Program-made: the position numbers and the translations under genes
Origin: an uncultured Thermoleophilia bacterium
Lineage (GTDB): Bacteria > Actinomycetota > Thermoleophilia > UBA2241
Direction: 5' to 3'
Length of the DNA: 64,000 nucleotides
NCBI GenBank assembly: GCA_963834905.1
Contig: CAWIDR010000037.1
Span: 29,023-93,022, forward strand
The notes under the pieces: generated by a model
The model's database searches: none
The model's input: only the letters and a program-made list of their open reading frames with translations
Told to the model about the DNA's origin: nothing
Shown: piece by piece, positions 47,291-57,271 of the stretch
Position numbering within the stretch: position 1 is the stretch's first letter
Layout of the letters: every line of letters begins with the position of its first letter

Positions 47291-48358
47291 TCAGGGGGCC
47301 GGCTGGGCCGCCACGGCGGCGATGGAGGTGAGCGGCTGGGCCGGGGTGCCGCCGCCGCCGAAGGCCGGCCACGTGGCGCCGCCGTCGGCCGTGGCGAGGA
47401 TGGCCGGAAGCTGCGTCGTCGCCAGCACGTGCTGCTCGTCCGCGGCCGCAATGGCCTGCGGCAGCCCGGCCGCGACCTTCTGCAGCTCCCAGGTCTTGCC
47501 GCCGTCGGTCGTGGCCAGCACCCCGGCGTCGCAGGTCAGCCAGAGGCGCGACCCGCCGGCGGCGGCGATCCGCCTCGTCTGCAGGGCGCCGGGCTTGGGC
47601 GCCGGCACGTCGATGCGCAGCCGGCGCCAGGTGGCGCCGCCGTCGCGCGTGGCCCAGACGAGCGGCGCGCCGTCCTGGGTGCCCCAGCCGGCGACCCAGG
47701 CCTGCCGGCCGTCGCCGGCCGCAACGCTCGTCAGCACCGTCATGGGGAACTGCTTGCGCAGACTCCAGGTGCGGCCGCCGTCCCGGGTGCTCCAGATCCT
47801 GTCCAGCGCGACGAGCACGCCGTGCCGGCGGTCGGAGAAGGCGACGTCCGCGAGCAGGGCGTCGCCGAACGCGGTCCGCGTCCACGTCTTGCCGCCGTCG
47901 GTGGTGCGGAGGACGGCGGAGACGCCCGGCTCGCCGGCCGCGCCGACGGCATTGCCGGCGATCCACGCGGTGCGGGAGTCAGTGGCGGCGATCGCCTTCA
48001 CGTCCAGCTTGACCTTCTCGACGACGGTCCAGCCGGCGCCGCCGTCGGCGGTCGCGAGCACGGTCCCGGCGTCGGTGACGAGCCAGCCGCTCTGCGGGTC
48101 CGAGAAGGTCACGTCGACGGCGCGCTGCGGCAGGAAGAACTTCTGACGCTTCCAGGTGGCGCCGCCGTCGGAGGTGACGAGGAGGTCGCCGCTCTCGCCG
48201 GCGGCCCAGGCGTGGATACCGGCGGCGGCGGCCGGCGGACTCCCGAAGGGGTGCTCCGGCGCCTCCGTCCCGCCGCCTCCTCCGCAGCCGGCGAGGAGGC
48301 TGAGCCCGGCGAGCGCGGCCACGAGCGCCAGCGCCGCCGGAAGCCTCTTCGGCCTCAC
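47291..48358 (-). CDS. Ycf48-like BNR/Asp-box beta-propeller lipoprotein
   Basis: GTG 48358 overlaps the upstream stop (GTGA). Lipobox LLAGC. Seven Asp-box repeats (TSDGGATW, TADGGAGW, TTDGGKTW, TRDGGRTW, TRDGGATW, TTDGGKTW, TADGGATW). Confidence 0.7.
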   Translation of the reverse strand: MRPKRLPAALALVAALAGLSLLAGCGGGGGTEAPEHPFGSPPAAAAGIHAWAAGESGDLLVTSDGGATWKRQKFFLPQRAVDVTFSDPQSGWLVTDAGTVLATADGGAGWTVVEKVKLDVKAIAATDSRTAWIAGNAVGAAGEPGVSAVLRTTDGGKTWTRTAFGDALLADVAFSDRRHGVLVALDRIWSTRDGGRTWSLRKQFPMTVLTSVAAGDGRQAWVAGWGTQDGAPLVWATRDGGATWRRLRIDVPAPKPGALQTRRIAAAGGSRLWLTCDAGVLATTDGGKTWELQKVAAGLPQAIAAADEQHVLATTQLPAILATADGGATWPAFGGGGTPAQPLTSIAAVAAQPAP

Positions 48359-48932
48359 GGTCGCTCCGGGCCCACCAGGAGACGTCCGTCCACGAAGACC
48401 ATGCCGAGGGCCGTCGTCGCGGCGGCGGCATCGGACCCGCCACACCCACGCACGACGAGGACCACGATCAGCACGACGATCGCGATGAGGATCGCCAGAG
48501 CAACGAGCCGGCGGCGGCGAAGCTGGCGGCGGCGCTGCTCCCGGCGTGCCGCGCGATCCTGCGTGGAGCGCGGCCGGCGCTCGTAGCCGTCGTCAGGATC
48601 GCGGGCGCCGGCGACCGCCGCGCGCTCAGCGGCTTCGATCGTCCTCGTCCATGGGCGCTCGAACTCGGCGCTCGGCGCGGGGCGCCCGGTCTCGGTGCGG
48701 TCGGGGAGGACGTATTCGGGAGACGGCGGATGCGGTGCAGGCTCATCCGGCGATTGTTCTCGCCCCTGCTCCCACACGGCTTCGGCCGAGAACACCTGCG
48801 TCACGGACTCGTCCAGGGGCTCCGGCCGCTCCGGCGGCGGCGGCCCGGGATCTGCCGCCGGTGCGGGCTCATCGGCGCGCGCCGAGGCGGTGGGTCGTCG
48901 CTCGGCGGCCCGTCTTCCCAGTCCCAGTCCAT
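48355..48932 (-). CDS. hypothetical Pro/Glu/Arg-rich protein with C-terminal TM anchor (probable frame break near 48885)
   Basis: ATG 48932 (MDWDWEDGPPSDD) follows GGAG. The body is in the frame of ORF 48355..50148 (PEPLDESVTQVFSAEAVWEQG...RRRRLVALAILIAIVVLIVVLVV). No recognisable family. Confidence 0.35.
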
Positions 48933-49058
48933 CTGGTCTCCGACCTTGGTGTGGCCCTGCCGTACCCGTCAAGGGTACCAGAGGGAATCCGTCGCGCCAG
49001 AGGGAGCCGTGAGTCAGCCGGCGCAAGAACGGCGCACGGAACTCGTGGGGCGGAGCGA

Positions 49059-50039
49059 TCAGTCGGCGCGCGGCAGGATGTCGGCCGGGTTGGGCGCGCC
49101 GCGCCGGGCCGGGAAGGTCTCGATGACGATCACGCCTGCGAGGATCAGCACCGCGCCGGCGGCGAACCGCCAGTTCAGCACGTCCATGCCGAAGAGGAGG
49201 CCGAACACGGCCGCGAACAGGCCTTCCAGGCCGAGGATGACGGCCGCCCGCGTCGAGGTCGTGGACTTCTGCGCCCATGCCTGGACCATGAACCCGAAGA
49301 CGGTGCCGGAGAGCGCCGTCCAGACGATCGCCGCCCACGCCTGCCAGCCGAAGTCCCAGGTGATGTGCTCCACGAACGGCGTCACGACGACGAAGAGGAC
49401 GGCCGCCGCGGCGATCTGCGTGAGCGCCAGCACGGCCGGCTTGGTGCGCGGCGCGAAGAAGCCGGTGGCGGCGATCTGCGCCGCGAACCCGAGCGCGCCG
49501 ACCAGCGTGAGCAGGTCGCCCTTGGACATGCCGAGGCCACCGCGGAAGCTCAAGAAGCCGAGGCCGACGGTGGCGAGGACCGCGCCGCCGATCTGCGCCC
49601 AGCCGGGCGAGCGGCGCGTCACGATCCAGTACAGGAACGGCACCATCACGATGTACAGGCTCGTGATGAAGCCGCTCTTGCCGGGCGTCGTCCACTGCAG
49701 GCCGATCGTCTGGGTGACGAAGGCGATGAAGAGGAAGAGGCCGAGCACCGCGCCGTACAGCCAGTCGCGGCGGGTGGTCTGCCGGACGGTCCGCGGCATG
49801 ACCACGGCCAGCAAGATGGCCGCCAGGATGTGCCGCCACAGCAGGTAGGTCATGGGGCCGGTGTCGGCGATGGCGTCCTTGATGACGACGAAGTTGAGGC
49901 CCCAGACGATGGCGACGCTGAGGAGCGCCGCGTCGGCGAGCAGGGCGCGGCGCCGGTCGCGGGCCGGCGGCGGCGCAGCCGCCCCGCCGGCATCCGCCGG
50001 CCCCCGCTCTCCCGGCGCCTCTGCGGCCGGGTCGCTCAC
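49059..50039 (-). CDS. EamA/DMT-family transporter
   Basis: GTG 50039 overlaps the upstream stop (GTGA). 326 aa, 10 TM, paralog of 46165..47217. Confidence 0.8.
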   Translation of the reverse strand: MSDPAAEAPGERGPADAGGAAAPPPARDRRRALLADAALLSVAIVWGLNFVVIKDAIADTGPMTYLLWRHILAAILLAVVMPRTVRQTTRRDWLYGAVLGLFLFIAFVTQTIGLQWTTPGKSGFITSLYIVMVPFLYWIVTRRSPGWAQIGGAVLATVGLGFLSFRGGLGMSKGDLLTLVGALGFAAQIAATGFFAPRTKPAVLALTQIAAAAVLFVVVTPFVEHITWDFGWQAWAAIVWTALSGTVFGFMVQAWAQKSTTSTRAAVILGLEGLFAAVFGLLFGMDVLNWRFAAGAVLILAGVIVIETFPARRGAPNPADILPRAD

Positions 50040-50170
50040 GCGCCGGCGTCGCGCGGCGGGAGCTGCTCGAGCACGAGCACGTCGCGGTCGCGCAGGTGTC
50101 CGGCGGTCGCGAGCCCGGAGACGCCGGCGCCCACGACGATGACGTCACGGCGCTCGCTCTCCACCGTCAC
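50036..50170 (-). pseudogene. 44-codon relic of an FAD/NAD(P)-binding oxidoreductase N-terminus
   Basis: VTVESERRDVIVVGAGVSGLATAGHLRDRDVLVLEQ is a complete beta-alpha-beta dinucleotide-binding motif (GxGxxG + acidic end), but the ORF stops after 44 aa. GTGA overlaps occur at both ends. Confidence 0.45.
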
Positions 50171-50448
50171 ACCTCCTCGAGAAAGAAGCCCTCTACCTCC
50201 GCCGCCTCCCACTCGTCGAACGGGTCGTCCGCGACGGCGGCGCGCATGGCCTCCACCCCGGCGCGCCACGACGCCTCGTCCTCCCAGCGCGCCATCCCCA
50301 CCAGACGCCCGGTACGCGCGTCGCGCAGCGTCTGCGCGCCGATGAACCCCGGTTGGCCGGCGCCGGCCGCGCCGAAGCGGTGCATGGAGTCGATGAGGTC
50401 CTGCTCCTTCCCCGGCCTCGGGGTGTGGATGGACACGTGGACGATCAA
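50167..50448 (-). CDS. antibiotic-biosynthesis-monooxygenase (ABM) domain protein
   Basis: TTG 50448 overlaps the M20 stop (TTGA). 93 aa (MIVHVSIHTPRPGKEQDLIDSM...GMARWEDEASW...) with ferredoxin-like ABM pattern. Confidence 0.7.
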   Translation of the reverse strand: MIVHVSIHTPRPGKEQDLIDSMHRFGAAGAGQPGFIGAQTLRDARTGRLVGMARWEDEASWRAGVEAMRAAVADDPFDEWEAAEVEGFFLEEV

Positions 50449-51755
50449 GACGAGACCCCGCACCAGCGCAGGATAGTGAGCGCGATCGCGGCGCTGAAGT
50501 CCACCAGCCCGCCGACGCTGACGCGCTCGTTGACGGCGTGCGCCGTGTCGATGCCGTCCGGGCCGAAGCTGAACGTCGGCGTGCCGGCGCGCGTGAACGT
50601 GGCCGCGTCGTGCCAGCTGTTCAGGCCGGCCGGCTCGCCGCGGTGGCCGAGCGCGGCGGCGCAGCCGAGCGCGGTCGTCACCAGCGGATGGTCGGCCGGC
50701 ATCTCCGCCGGCACGACGTCGTCCGACCACTTGAAGACGAGCGGGTGCTCCGCGAACCACGGGTCGCCCGCCACCGCCTTGCTGAGGCGGTCGATCACCT
50801 CTGCCTCGACCGCCCTGCCCGTCCCGTCCGCATCGACGTGCTGCGGCAGGTACGTGATGTCGGCGGTCACGGCGCAGGACGCCGGGATGGTCACCATCCA
50901 GGTACCGCCGTGGACGATGGTCGGGACGATGTCGCCGGGCGCGAGCAGCGGGTGGACGTGGTCGGGGCGCGCCTTCCACTCCTCGCGCAGCGCGCCCATG
51001 CCGTTGATGACGGCGACGAGCTTCTCGATAGCGTTGACGGCGCCGCCGTCCTGCCAGTCCGGCTGCGGCATCTCGGCGTGTCCGGCGCGGCCGGCGACGG
51101 TGATCGTCGGCGTCACCGTGCCGCGGCAGCTCACCCAGGCGTCGAAGTCGGTGGCCTCGGCGGCGATGCCGGCGTCGGCCTTGACGCCGTGCGCCACCGC
51201 CGCCCGTCCGCCGGCGCCCGAGGACTCCTCGTCGGTGACCGTGCAGAAGACGACGTCCCCGGCGAGGCGGACGCCCTGGCGGCGCAACGTCTCCAGGGCG
51301 ATCACCAGGCCGGCGACCCCGCCCTTCATGTCGTTCGCGCCGCGGCCGAAGAGGTAGCCGTCGCGCTCGGTGAGGGCGAACGGGTCGCTGAGCCACTGCT
51401 CGCGCGGCTCCACGTCCACGGCGTCGATGTGGCCGTTGAGCAGGATGCTGCGGCCGCCGCCGGAGCCGCGGAGGGCGGCGGCGAGCTGGGGCCGGCCGGC
51501 GAAGTCGAGACCGGCCGGCACGAACCGGTCGCCGTCCCCGGTCGGCTCCGGCTCCCACAAATGGGCGTCCGCGCCGAGGGCCTCGAGCCGCGCGGCCAGC
51601 AGCCGCTGCAGCTTCTCCTCGTCGCGCGCCGGGTCGCCGGGAAGGCGTGCGGTCGTATCGCAGGCGACCAGTTCCGCGGCGAGGCCGACCAGCTCATCCT
51701 TCGCGTCGCGCACGGCCTGGACGACGCGTTCCTCGAGCCCCGACTGCAGTTCCAC
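50445..51755 (-). CDS. M20-family metallopeptidase (ArgE/DapE/ACY1-like)
   Basis: 436-aa uninterrupted ORF with LNGHIDAV, GRGANDMKGG and TVTDEESSG motifs. Confidence 0.85.
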   Translation of the reverse strand: MELQSGLEERVVQAVRDAKDELVGLAAELVACDTTARLPGDPARDEEKLQRLLAARLEALGADAHLWEPEPTGDGDRFVPAGLDFAGRPQLAAALRGSGGGRSILLNGHIDAVDVEPREQWLSDPFALTERDGYLFGRGANDMKGGVAGLVIALETLRRQGVRLAGDVVFCTVTDEESSGAGGRAAVAHGVKADAGIAAEATDFDAWVSCRGTVTPTITVAGRAGHAEMPQPDWQDGGAVNAIEKLVAVINGMGALREEWKARPDHVHPLLAPGDIVPTIVHGGTWMVTIPASCAVTADITYLPQHVDADGTGRAVEAEVIDRLSKAVAGDPWFAEHPLVFKWSDDVVPAEMPADHPLVTTALGCAAALGHRGEPAGLNSWHDAATFTRAGTPTFSFGPDGIDTAHAVNERVSVGGLVDFSAAIALTILRWCGVSS

Positions 51756-51910
51756 GAGCGACCTCCTCCGGCGACGGACAGTGTGGCGCCGCGGGCGTAC
51801 AATCGCAGCGCCGGAGCGACGTCGCGATTGAACGGCGCAGCCGGTTCAACTGCCGGTGCCCCGCAGGCGCACCGGCTATTCTAAGTCGTCGCAGACGATC
51901 AGGAGGGGGC

Positions 51911-52309
51911 ATGGGCGACCTGAGCGACACGAAGATCCGCGTCATCAAGGCCGACGAGGTGATCTGGGAGGAGGCCATGGCCGGGTCCGAGGAGACGGAC
52001 CCGCCGGGCAAGGAGTGCACGGCGGCGATGTCGATGGACGACAAGTTCAGCTTCGGGCTGTGGAAGCGTGACGTGCAGCGGCGCCACTTCGAGCGCGCCT
52101 ACCACGAGGTCGCCTACATCATCGAGGGCGAGGTAGAGGTCACCGACGACGACGGCGAGGTCCACGTGGCCGGCCCGGGCGACATCCTCATCACGCCCAA
52201 GGGCAGCACCGGCTACTGGAAGAACCTCTCGCCGGTGAAGAAGGTGTGGGGCATCTACGAAGAGGACGCCGTCGGCCTCAACGCGTACATCGGACCCGGC
52301 GGGTTCTGA
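51911..52309 (+). CDS. cupin-domain protein (DUF861/EutQ-like)
   Basis: ATG 51911 after AGGAGGGGG. 132 aa with the cupin motif YIIEGEVEVTDDDGEVHVAGPGDILITPKG. Confidence 0.7.
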   Translation: MGDLSDTKIRVIKADEVIWEEAMAGSEETDPPGKECTAAMSMDDKFSFGLWKRDVQRRHFERAYHEVAYIIEGEVEVTDDDGEVHVAGPGDILITPKGSTGYWKNLSPVKKVWGIYEEDAVGLNAYIGPGGF

Positions 52310-52358
52310 GCCGCCGCCAGGCGCGCGAGCGGCGGCGCGGCGCAGGCGCGCGCCGCCG

Positions 52359-53923
52359 TCAGCGTACGGAGACCGCGAAGCGGTCGATGCCGCGGCCGCC
52401 GTCCCCGTCCGTCACGCACAGCGTGACGGTGCGGCGGCGGCCGCGCGGCCCCGCGAAGCGGTGCGACAGCAGGAACGTCTTGTCGGCGCGGAGACGCAGC
52501 GCCCGCCGCGCCGTCCCGTCGCCGTAGCTGACCCAGCCCTTCCAGACGTCCGCGCCCGGATCGCGGAACGAACAGGTCCGCGTGAGGCGCGCGCCGGCGC
52601 GGACCCTCCCATCCGGGCCGCCGGCGACCTTGGGAGCGACGTTGCGCACGGTGACGGCCACCGTCGCCGCCGCCGTTCGCGCCAGCTCGTTCGTGACCGC
52701 GACCCGCACGGCGTGGCGCCCGTCGTCCGGCCAGGTCCGGCCGAGCGAGAAGGCGCCGCTCTGGCCCTCGCCGCCGGCCGTGAGCGCCAGCGGCTCGTCG
52801 CCCGCGCCGCCCGCGTAGTCCACCGTCGCGGTCCAGAGCGCGCCGGCTCCGTCGAAGAACCCGCCGGCGCACGTCCAGCGCGCCCCCTCGCGCACAGTCG
52901 CCGTCGCCGGCAGGCTGACGGAGAAGGCGCCGGACTGCAGTGCGCGCGAGTCGACCACCTCGAAGTCGCGCCCGGTCACGCCGTCCAGGGCGTGCAGCGC
53001 CTCATCGTTCCAGCGCGAGTCGGGCGCTCCGCCCACGTACCAGTCGGAGCCGTTGTCGGCGACCATCATCCCGTACTTCTTCAGCCCCCTGAGGATCGTC
53101 TGGACCAGCGGCGGGAACCGGCTGATGTCGAAGTCCGCCTTGAGCCGCACGCGCAGCCCCATCGGCGGCAGGTCCGTGTCGGTGGAGGAGCTCGCGATAG
53201 TGCGTCGCCGGATAGACGTAGGCGCGCTGGGTGTCGGCGACGGTGAAGCGCAGCGCGTGGTCGAGCACGCCCTCGCCGACGATCTCGTCGTACCGCGCGA
53301 GGCCGGGCAGGATCGGGAGGCCGGCCGCGTCCGCCGAGGTCCAGCCGTCCGGGCGCAGCGCGTTGCTCGTGAGGTCGAAGACCGCGCCGGAGCCGGCCTT
53401 CCACGAGCCGTCGGCCTGCTTGTGCGCGTCGTACACCTCATAGAGCTTCTCGTTGTCGGCGTCGAGCACGAGCACGTGACGGTCGCCGTCGGCGTAGGGT
53501 CCGCCGGCGCCCTCGACGGGCGCGTCGGGCGGGATCGGGTAGGGGCCGGGATCGCTCTCGTCGGGGTAGGAGAACGAGATCGGCACCTTGGGCTGCGTGC
53601 CCGGCACGACCACGTAGGGGATGCCGATGCGCGCGCCCTCCCACACCGTCCCGAAGTCCGGGTGCAAGCGGGTCGCAGGGTTCATGTGGGCGATGTAGGC
53701 AGCGGAGTTCGGATCCAGCGGCAGCGTGTCGACCGGCGTGTTCCAGGGATTGTCCGCCGGCAGGAGCAGGAACGGGATGGCGGCGCCGGCGCCGTACGCG
53801 GCCGCGCGCGCCGGCGCCGCGAGCGACCGCGACGAGCAGGAGCGCCGCCGCGAGCACGCAGACGAGCGCGGCGGCGTCCTCAGCGCCGCGCGCGCCGCAC
53901 GCGCGCGGCCGGCGCGGGCGCAT
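52359..53923 (-). CDS. secreted protein: conserved N-terminal domain of unknown function + two PKD/Ig-like repeats (frame breaks near 53197 and 53810)
   Basis: Signal peptide (MRPRRPRACG...LVCVLAAALLLVAVA). LPADNPWNTPVDTLPLDPNSAAYI, GIPYVVVPG, SADAAGLPILPGL, HALRFT, PPMGLRVRLKADFDIS and YGMMVADNGSDWY across three frames. C-terminal repeats carry V(D/S)Y(A/G)(G/D)G PKD-like motifs. Alternative start at 53962. Confidence 0.55.
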
Positions 53924-54106
53924 CGTCTGTACGGCCTGGCTGACGGTGCGGTCGGCGTTCATGCCGTCAGTATCGGCCGGGCGCCGAGCCGGGTGAGCGA
54001 CAGGCGTCGCCCGGACCGGCCACGCTGCGAGTACGTATCGCGCCATCATGGACTCCGCCCACCGCCGCCCGCGAAGTCCACGGCGACGGCGACGTAGCTC
54101 GGCGGC

Positions 54107-55321
54107 ATGGCATCTGCGCGCCGCTGGATCGCACAGCTCCGCACGCTCGACCCGAACGTGCGCACGCTGGGCCTCGTCAGCCTGCTCGCCGACCTCGGCT
54201 CGGAGATCGCCTACCCGCTGTTCCCGATCTTCGTCACCACGGTGCTCGGCGTGCCGGTCGCGCTCCTCGGGCTGATCGAGGGCATCGCCGAGGCGACGGC
54301 GAGCATCGCCAAGTACCCGTTCGGCCAGGCCGCCGACTACACCGGACGCCGCAAGCCCTTCGTGCTCGGCGGCTACTCACTCGGCGCGCTCGGCAAGCTC
54401 ATCATCGCCGTCTCACCGGGCTGGGGGATGGCGCTGGCAGGCCGCTTCACCGACCGCTTCGGCAAGGGCATGCGCACGGCGCCGCGCGACGACCTCATCG
54501 CGGCGAACACCAAGCCCGGCCAGCAGGGCCTCGCGTTCGGCCTGCACCGGACCATGGACACCATGGGCGCCGTCCTCGGCCCTCTGGTCGCACTCGCGCT
54601 CGTGGAGGCCCACGTCTCGCTGCGCTGGATCTTCGCCATCGCCGTCATCCCAGGGGTCCTCAGCGTCGTGGCCATCGTGTTCCTGGTGAAGGAGCACCGG
54701 GAGGAGCCGCAGAAGCGCGCCTTCAGACTCTCGCTGCCTCGATCGACCGCGTTCCGCTGGCTCCTCGTCGGGTCGCTGCTGTTCGCCGTCGGCAACTCCA
54801 GCGACACCTTCATCCTGCTGAAGGCCAAGGACGTCGGGATGAGCACGGCGGCGGTCATCCTGCTGTACGTGCTCTACAACCTCGTGTACGCATCCGGATC
54901 GCTGCCGCTCGGCGGGCTGAGCGACCGCGTCGGGCAGTACCCTGTGGTCATCGCCGGCTACGTCGTGTTCGCGGCGGTGTACGCAGGCTTCGCCGCCGCC
55001 GGGTCCGGCTGGACGCTCGCGGCGCTCTTCGCGGCCTACGGCCTCTACATCGCCGCGACCGAGGGCACCAGCAAGGCGCTGATCGGGCGCGCCATCCCCA
55101 CGGGGGAGCGCGCCTCCGCGCTCGGCCTCTACTACACGGCGACGGGCCTCGCGGCCTTCGCCGCCAGCACGGTCGGCGGCCTGCTCTGGACCGCCTTCGG
55201 CGCGTGGGCGACGTTCGCCTACGGCGCCGCCGCGGCGCTCGCCGCCGCCGCCCTCATGCTCGCCGGCCACGGGCGTGTGAGGCGCGCGCTCGCCGACGAG
55301 CAGCCTGCCCGCGCCGCCTGA
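54107..55321 (+). CDS. MFS transporter
   Basis: 404-aa uninterrupted ORF, 12 TM, with an MFS loop motif GRFTDRFGKG. Confidence 0.85.
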   Translation: MASARRWIAQLRTLDPNVRTLGLVSLLADLGSEIAYPLFPIFVTTVLGVPVALLGLIEGIAEATASIAKYPFGQAADYTGRRKPFVLGGYSLGALGKLIIAVSPGWGMALAGRFTDRFGKGMRTAPRDDLIAANTKPGQQGLAFGLHRTMDTMGAVLGPLVALALVEAHVSLRWIFAIAVIPGVLSVVAIVFLVKEHREEPQKRAFRLSLPRSTAFRWLLVGSLLFAVGNSSDTFILLKAKDVGMSTAAVILLYVLYNLVYASGSLPLGGLSDRVGQYPVVIAGYVVFAAVYAGFAAAGSGWTLAALFAAYGLYIAATEGTSKALIGRAIPTGERASALGLYYTATGLAAFAASTVGGLLWTAFGAWATFAYGAAAALAAAALMLAGHGRVRRALADEQPARAA

Positions 55322-55547
55322 GCACGGCGGCAGGACCCCACCGGGGAGCCGCCGGCCCCATCCGGCATTTCCCCTGTCCCGCTGGCCGTTCAGCCGATAC
55401 GGCGGCGACTCGACGACGCTCGTCAAAGGAGCGCTCTCTCCCGTCTGGGCGCCGAAGGCCGCCGGGTCCCTGCAGACGTCACCGAGCCCCTGAGGCCGGC
55501 CGGCCGCAGGCTGCCACGCTCGTGCCTCCGGCCACGCTCTCTCTCGG

Positions 55548-56228
55548 TCAGTCCAGCGAGATCATGCCCGTGCGGATGGCGTACTTGACCACCTCGGTCA
55601 CGTCGTGGAGGTCGAGCTTGCGCATCGCGTTGGCGCGGTGGCTGTCTACCGTCTTGCGGCTCAACCCCAGCCGCTCCGCGATCTCCTGGCTGGAGTTGCC
55701 GTCCGCGATCAGCCTGAGCACCTCACGCTCCCGGGCCGTGATGACCTCACCAGCGGCCGGAATGCCGCCACGCTCCCCGACCGTCACGCGCAGGTAGTCT
55801 CCGATGAGCGTGGCGGCGATCGGTGGATACAGGAACGACTCGCCGGCGTACACCTCATGGATGGCGCGCACCAGGTCTTCTGTCACCACGCGCTTGAGCA
55901 CGTAGCCGGACGCGCCGGCCTGGATGATCTGGACGACGTACTCGTGGTCGTCGTACATACTCAGGATGAGCACGCGCACGTGCGGATACTGCTCCCTGAT
56001 GAGCCGCGTGGCCTCGAGGCCATTCATGCGCGGCATCACGATGTCCATGATCACGACGTGCGGGCTTAGCCGGGGCACCAGCTCGAGAGCCTCCCGGCCG
56101 TCTCCCGCCTCCCCCACCACGGTGATGTCGGGCTCGCGGGCGAGCAGCGCGTGGACTCCCTCGCGGAGAATCGCGTGATCGTCGACGAGCAGTACCTTGA
56201 TCTGCTCCCGGCTCTTGGCGGCGTTCAT
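55548..56228 (-). CDS. NarL/LuxR-family response regulator
   Basis: ATG 56228 overlaps the HK stop (ATGA). Receiver (VLLVDDH...VIMDIVMP...) plus C-terminal LuxR HTH (REREVLRLIADGNSSQEIAERLGLSRKTVDSHR). Confidence 0.9.
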   Translation of the reverse strand: MNAAKSREQIKVLLVDDHAILREGVHALLAREPDITVVGEAGDGREALELVPRLSPHVVIMDIVMPRMNGLEATRLIREQYPHVRVLILSMYDDHEYVVQIIQAGASGYVLKRVVTEDLVRAIHEVYAGESFLYPPIAATLIGDYLRVTVGERGGIPAAGEVITAREREVLRLIADGNSSQEIAERLGLSRKTVDSHRANAMRKLDLHDVTEVVKYAIRTGMISLD

Positions 56229-57271
56229 GTCATCTCCTCGCCACGCTCTTCGCTGACCAACGGTACGACGACGTACAACCTGGTCCCCCTGCCGACCGCC
56301 GACTCGATGTTGAGCGAGCCTCCGGCGAGCTCGACGCGCTCCTTGATCGAGAGCAGACCGACGCCGAGGTGCCCGTTGCCGTGCAGAGCGGCGTCCTGGT
56401 CGAAGCCCGTGCCGTTGTCGATGACGGCCAGGCTGACGAACCCCGGCTTGGTGACCAGCCGCACGTGGATCTTCGTCGCGTCCGAGTGCTTCACGGCGTT
56501 GGCGAGTGCCTCCTGGGTCACTCGGTACAAGGCCGTCTCGACATCGCCGGGCAACCTGAGGCCGGCCTCGTCGAAGTCGGTGACGATCTCCGGCCCCGCG
56601 CCCTGGAGATGCGACTGGATGTACCAGCGCAGCGTTGGGACCAGGCCGAAGTCGTCGAGCATGACCGGTCGCAGATCGTAGACGATCAGCTTGATCTCGT
56701 CGATGGTGTGGGCGACCAGGGTCTTGCAGTTCAGCACCTGGGCGTGTGCGCCCGCCGCGTCGTTGTCCTGGAGGGCCTGATCGCACAGGTCGAGACGCAC
56801 GAGGGTCGCCGTGAGCGTCTGGCTGGTCTCGTCGTGGAGCTCGCGGCCTATGCGTCTGCGCTCCTCCTCCACACCACCGAGCTGCCGCTCGGCGTACGAG
56901 AGCGACTCGCGGCCGAGCCGATGACACATCGCGTTGAAGGAAGCCGTCAGGCGCCGGAGTCCGCCGTCTCCCCGGCCCTCCTCCAGGTGACAGTCGAGAC
57001 TCCCCTTGTGCATGGTGTCCATCGCCTGCTGGAGATCGGCAAGGACTCTGCCGGCCGCCCCCACGACGAGGAGGTTGGCGACGACGGTCACGGCCAGCCC
57101 GCCGACGACGAGGCCGACTGCGGCGGCGGCCCCGACGCCGCCCTCCCGAAGCTGCAGCGCGAGTGCCGCAGCGAGCACGGCGGCCACGGCGGCGGCGTTG
57201 ACGAGCACGACGCGACCCACCAGCGGGCGAGCCCCACGACGGGCCTTCGTCGCATTCTGGGGCGCGGTCAT
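56225..57271 (-). CDS. membrane sensor histidine kinase, HisKA_3 (NarX/DesK) type with HAMP-like linker
   Basis: ATG 57271 overlaps the upstream HK stop (ATGA). Two TM segments, RIGRELHDETSQ (H-box), and HATPase N/G boxes (EALANAVKHS, DNGTGF, GVGLLSIKER). Confidence 0.85.
   Translation of the reverse strand: MTAPQNATKARRGARPLVGRVVLVNAAAVAAVLAAALALQLREGGVGAAAAVGLVVGGLAVTVVANLLVVGAAGRVLADLQQAMDTMHKGSLDCHLEEGRGDGGLRRLTASFNAMCHRLGRESLSYAERQLGGVEEERRRIGRELHDETSQTLTATLVRLDLCDQALQDNDAAGAHAQVLNCKTLVAHTIDEIKLIVYDLRPVMLDDFGLVPTLRWYIQSHLQGAGPEIVTDFDEAGLRLPGDVETALYRVTQEALANAVKHSDATKIHVRLVTKPGFVSLAVIDNGTGFDQDAALHGNGHLGVGLLSIKERVELAGGSLNIESAVGRGTRLYVVVPLVSEERGEEMT

Noticed and set aside
48355-50148. 597-aa ORF spanning the EamA gene region.
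   Set aside because: Only its last about 190 codons look like a real (anchored, Pro-rich) protein. The upstream part is an alternative frame of the well-supported EamA gene 49059..50039.
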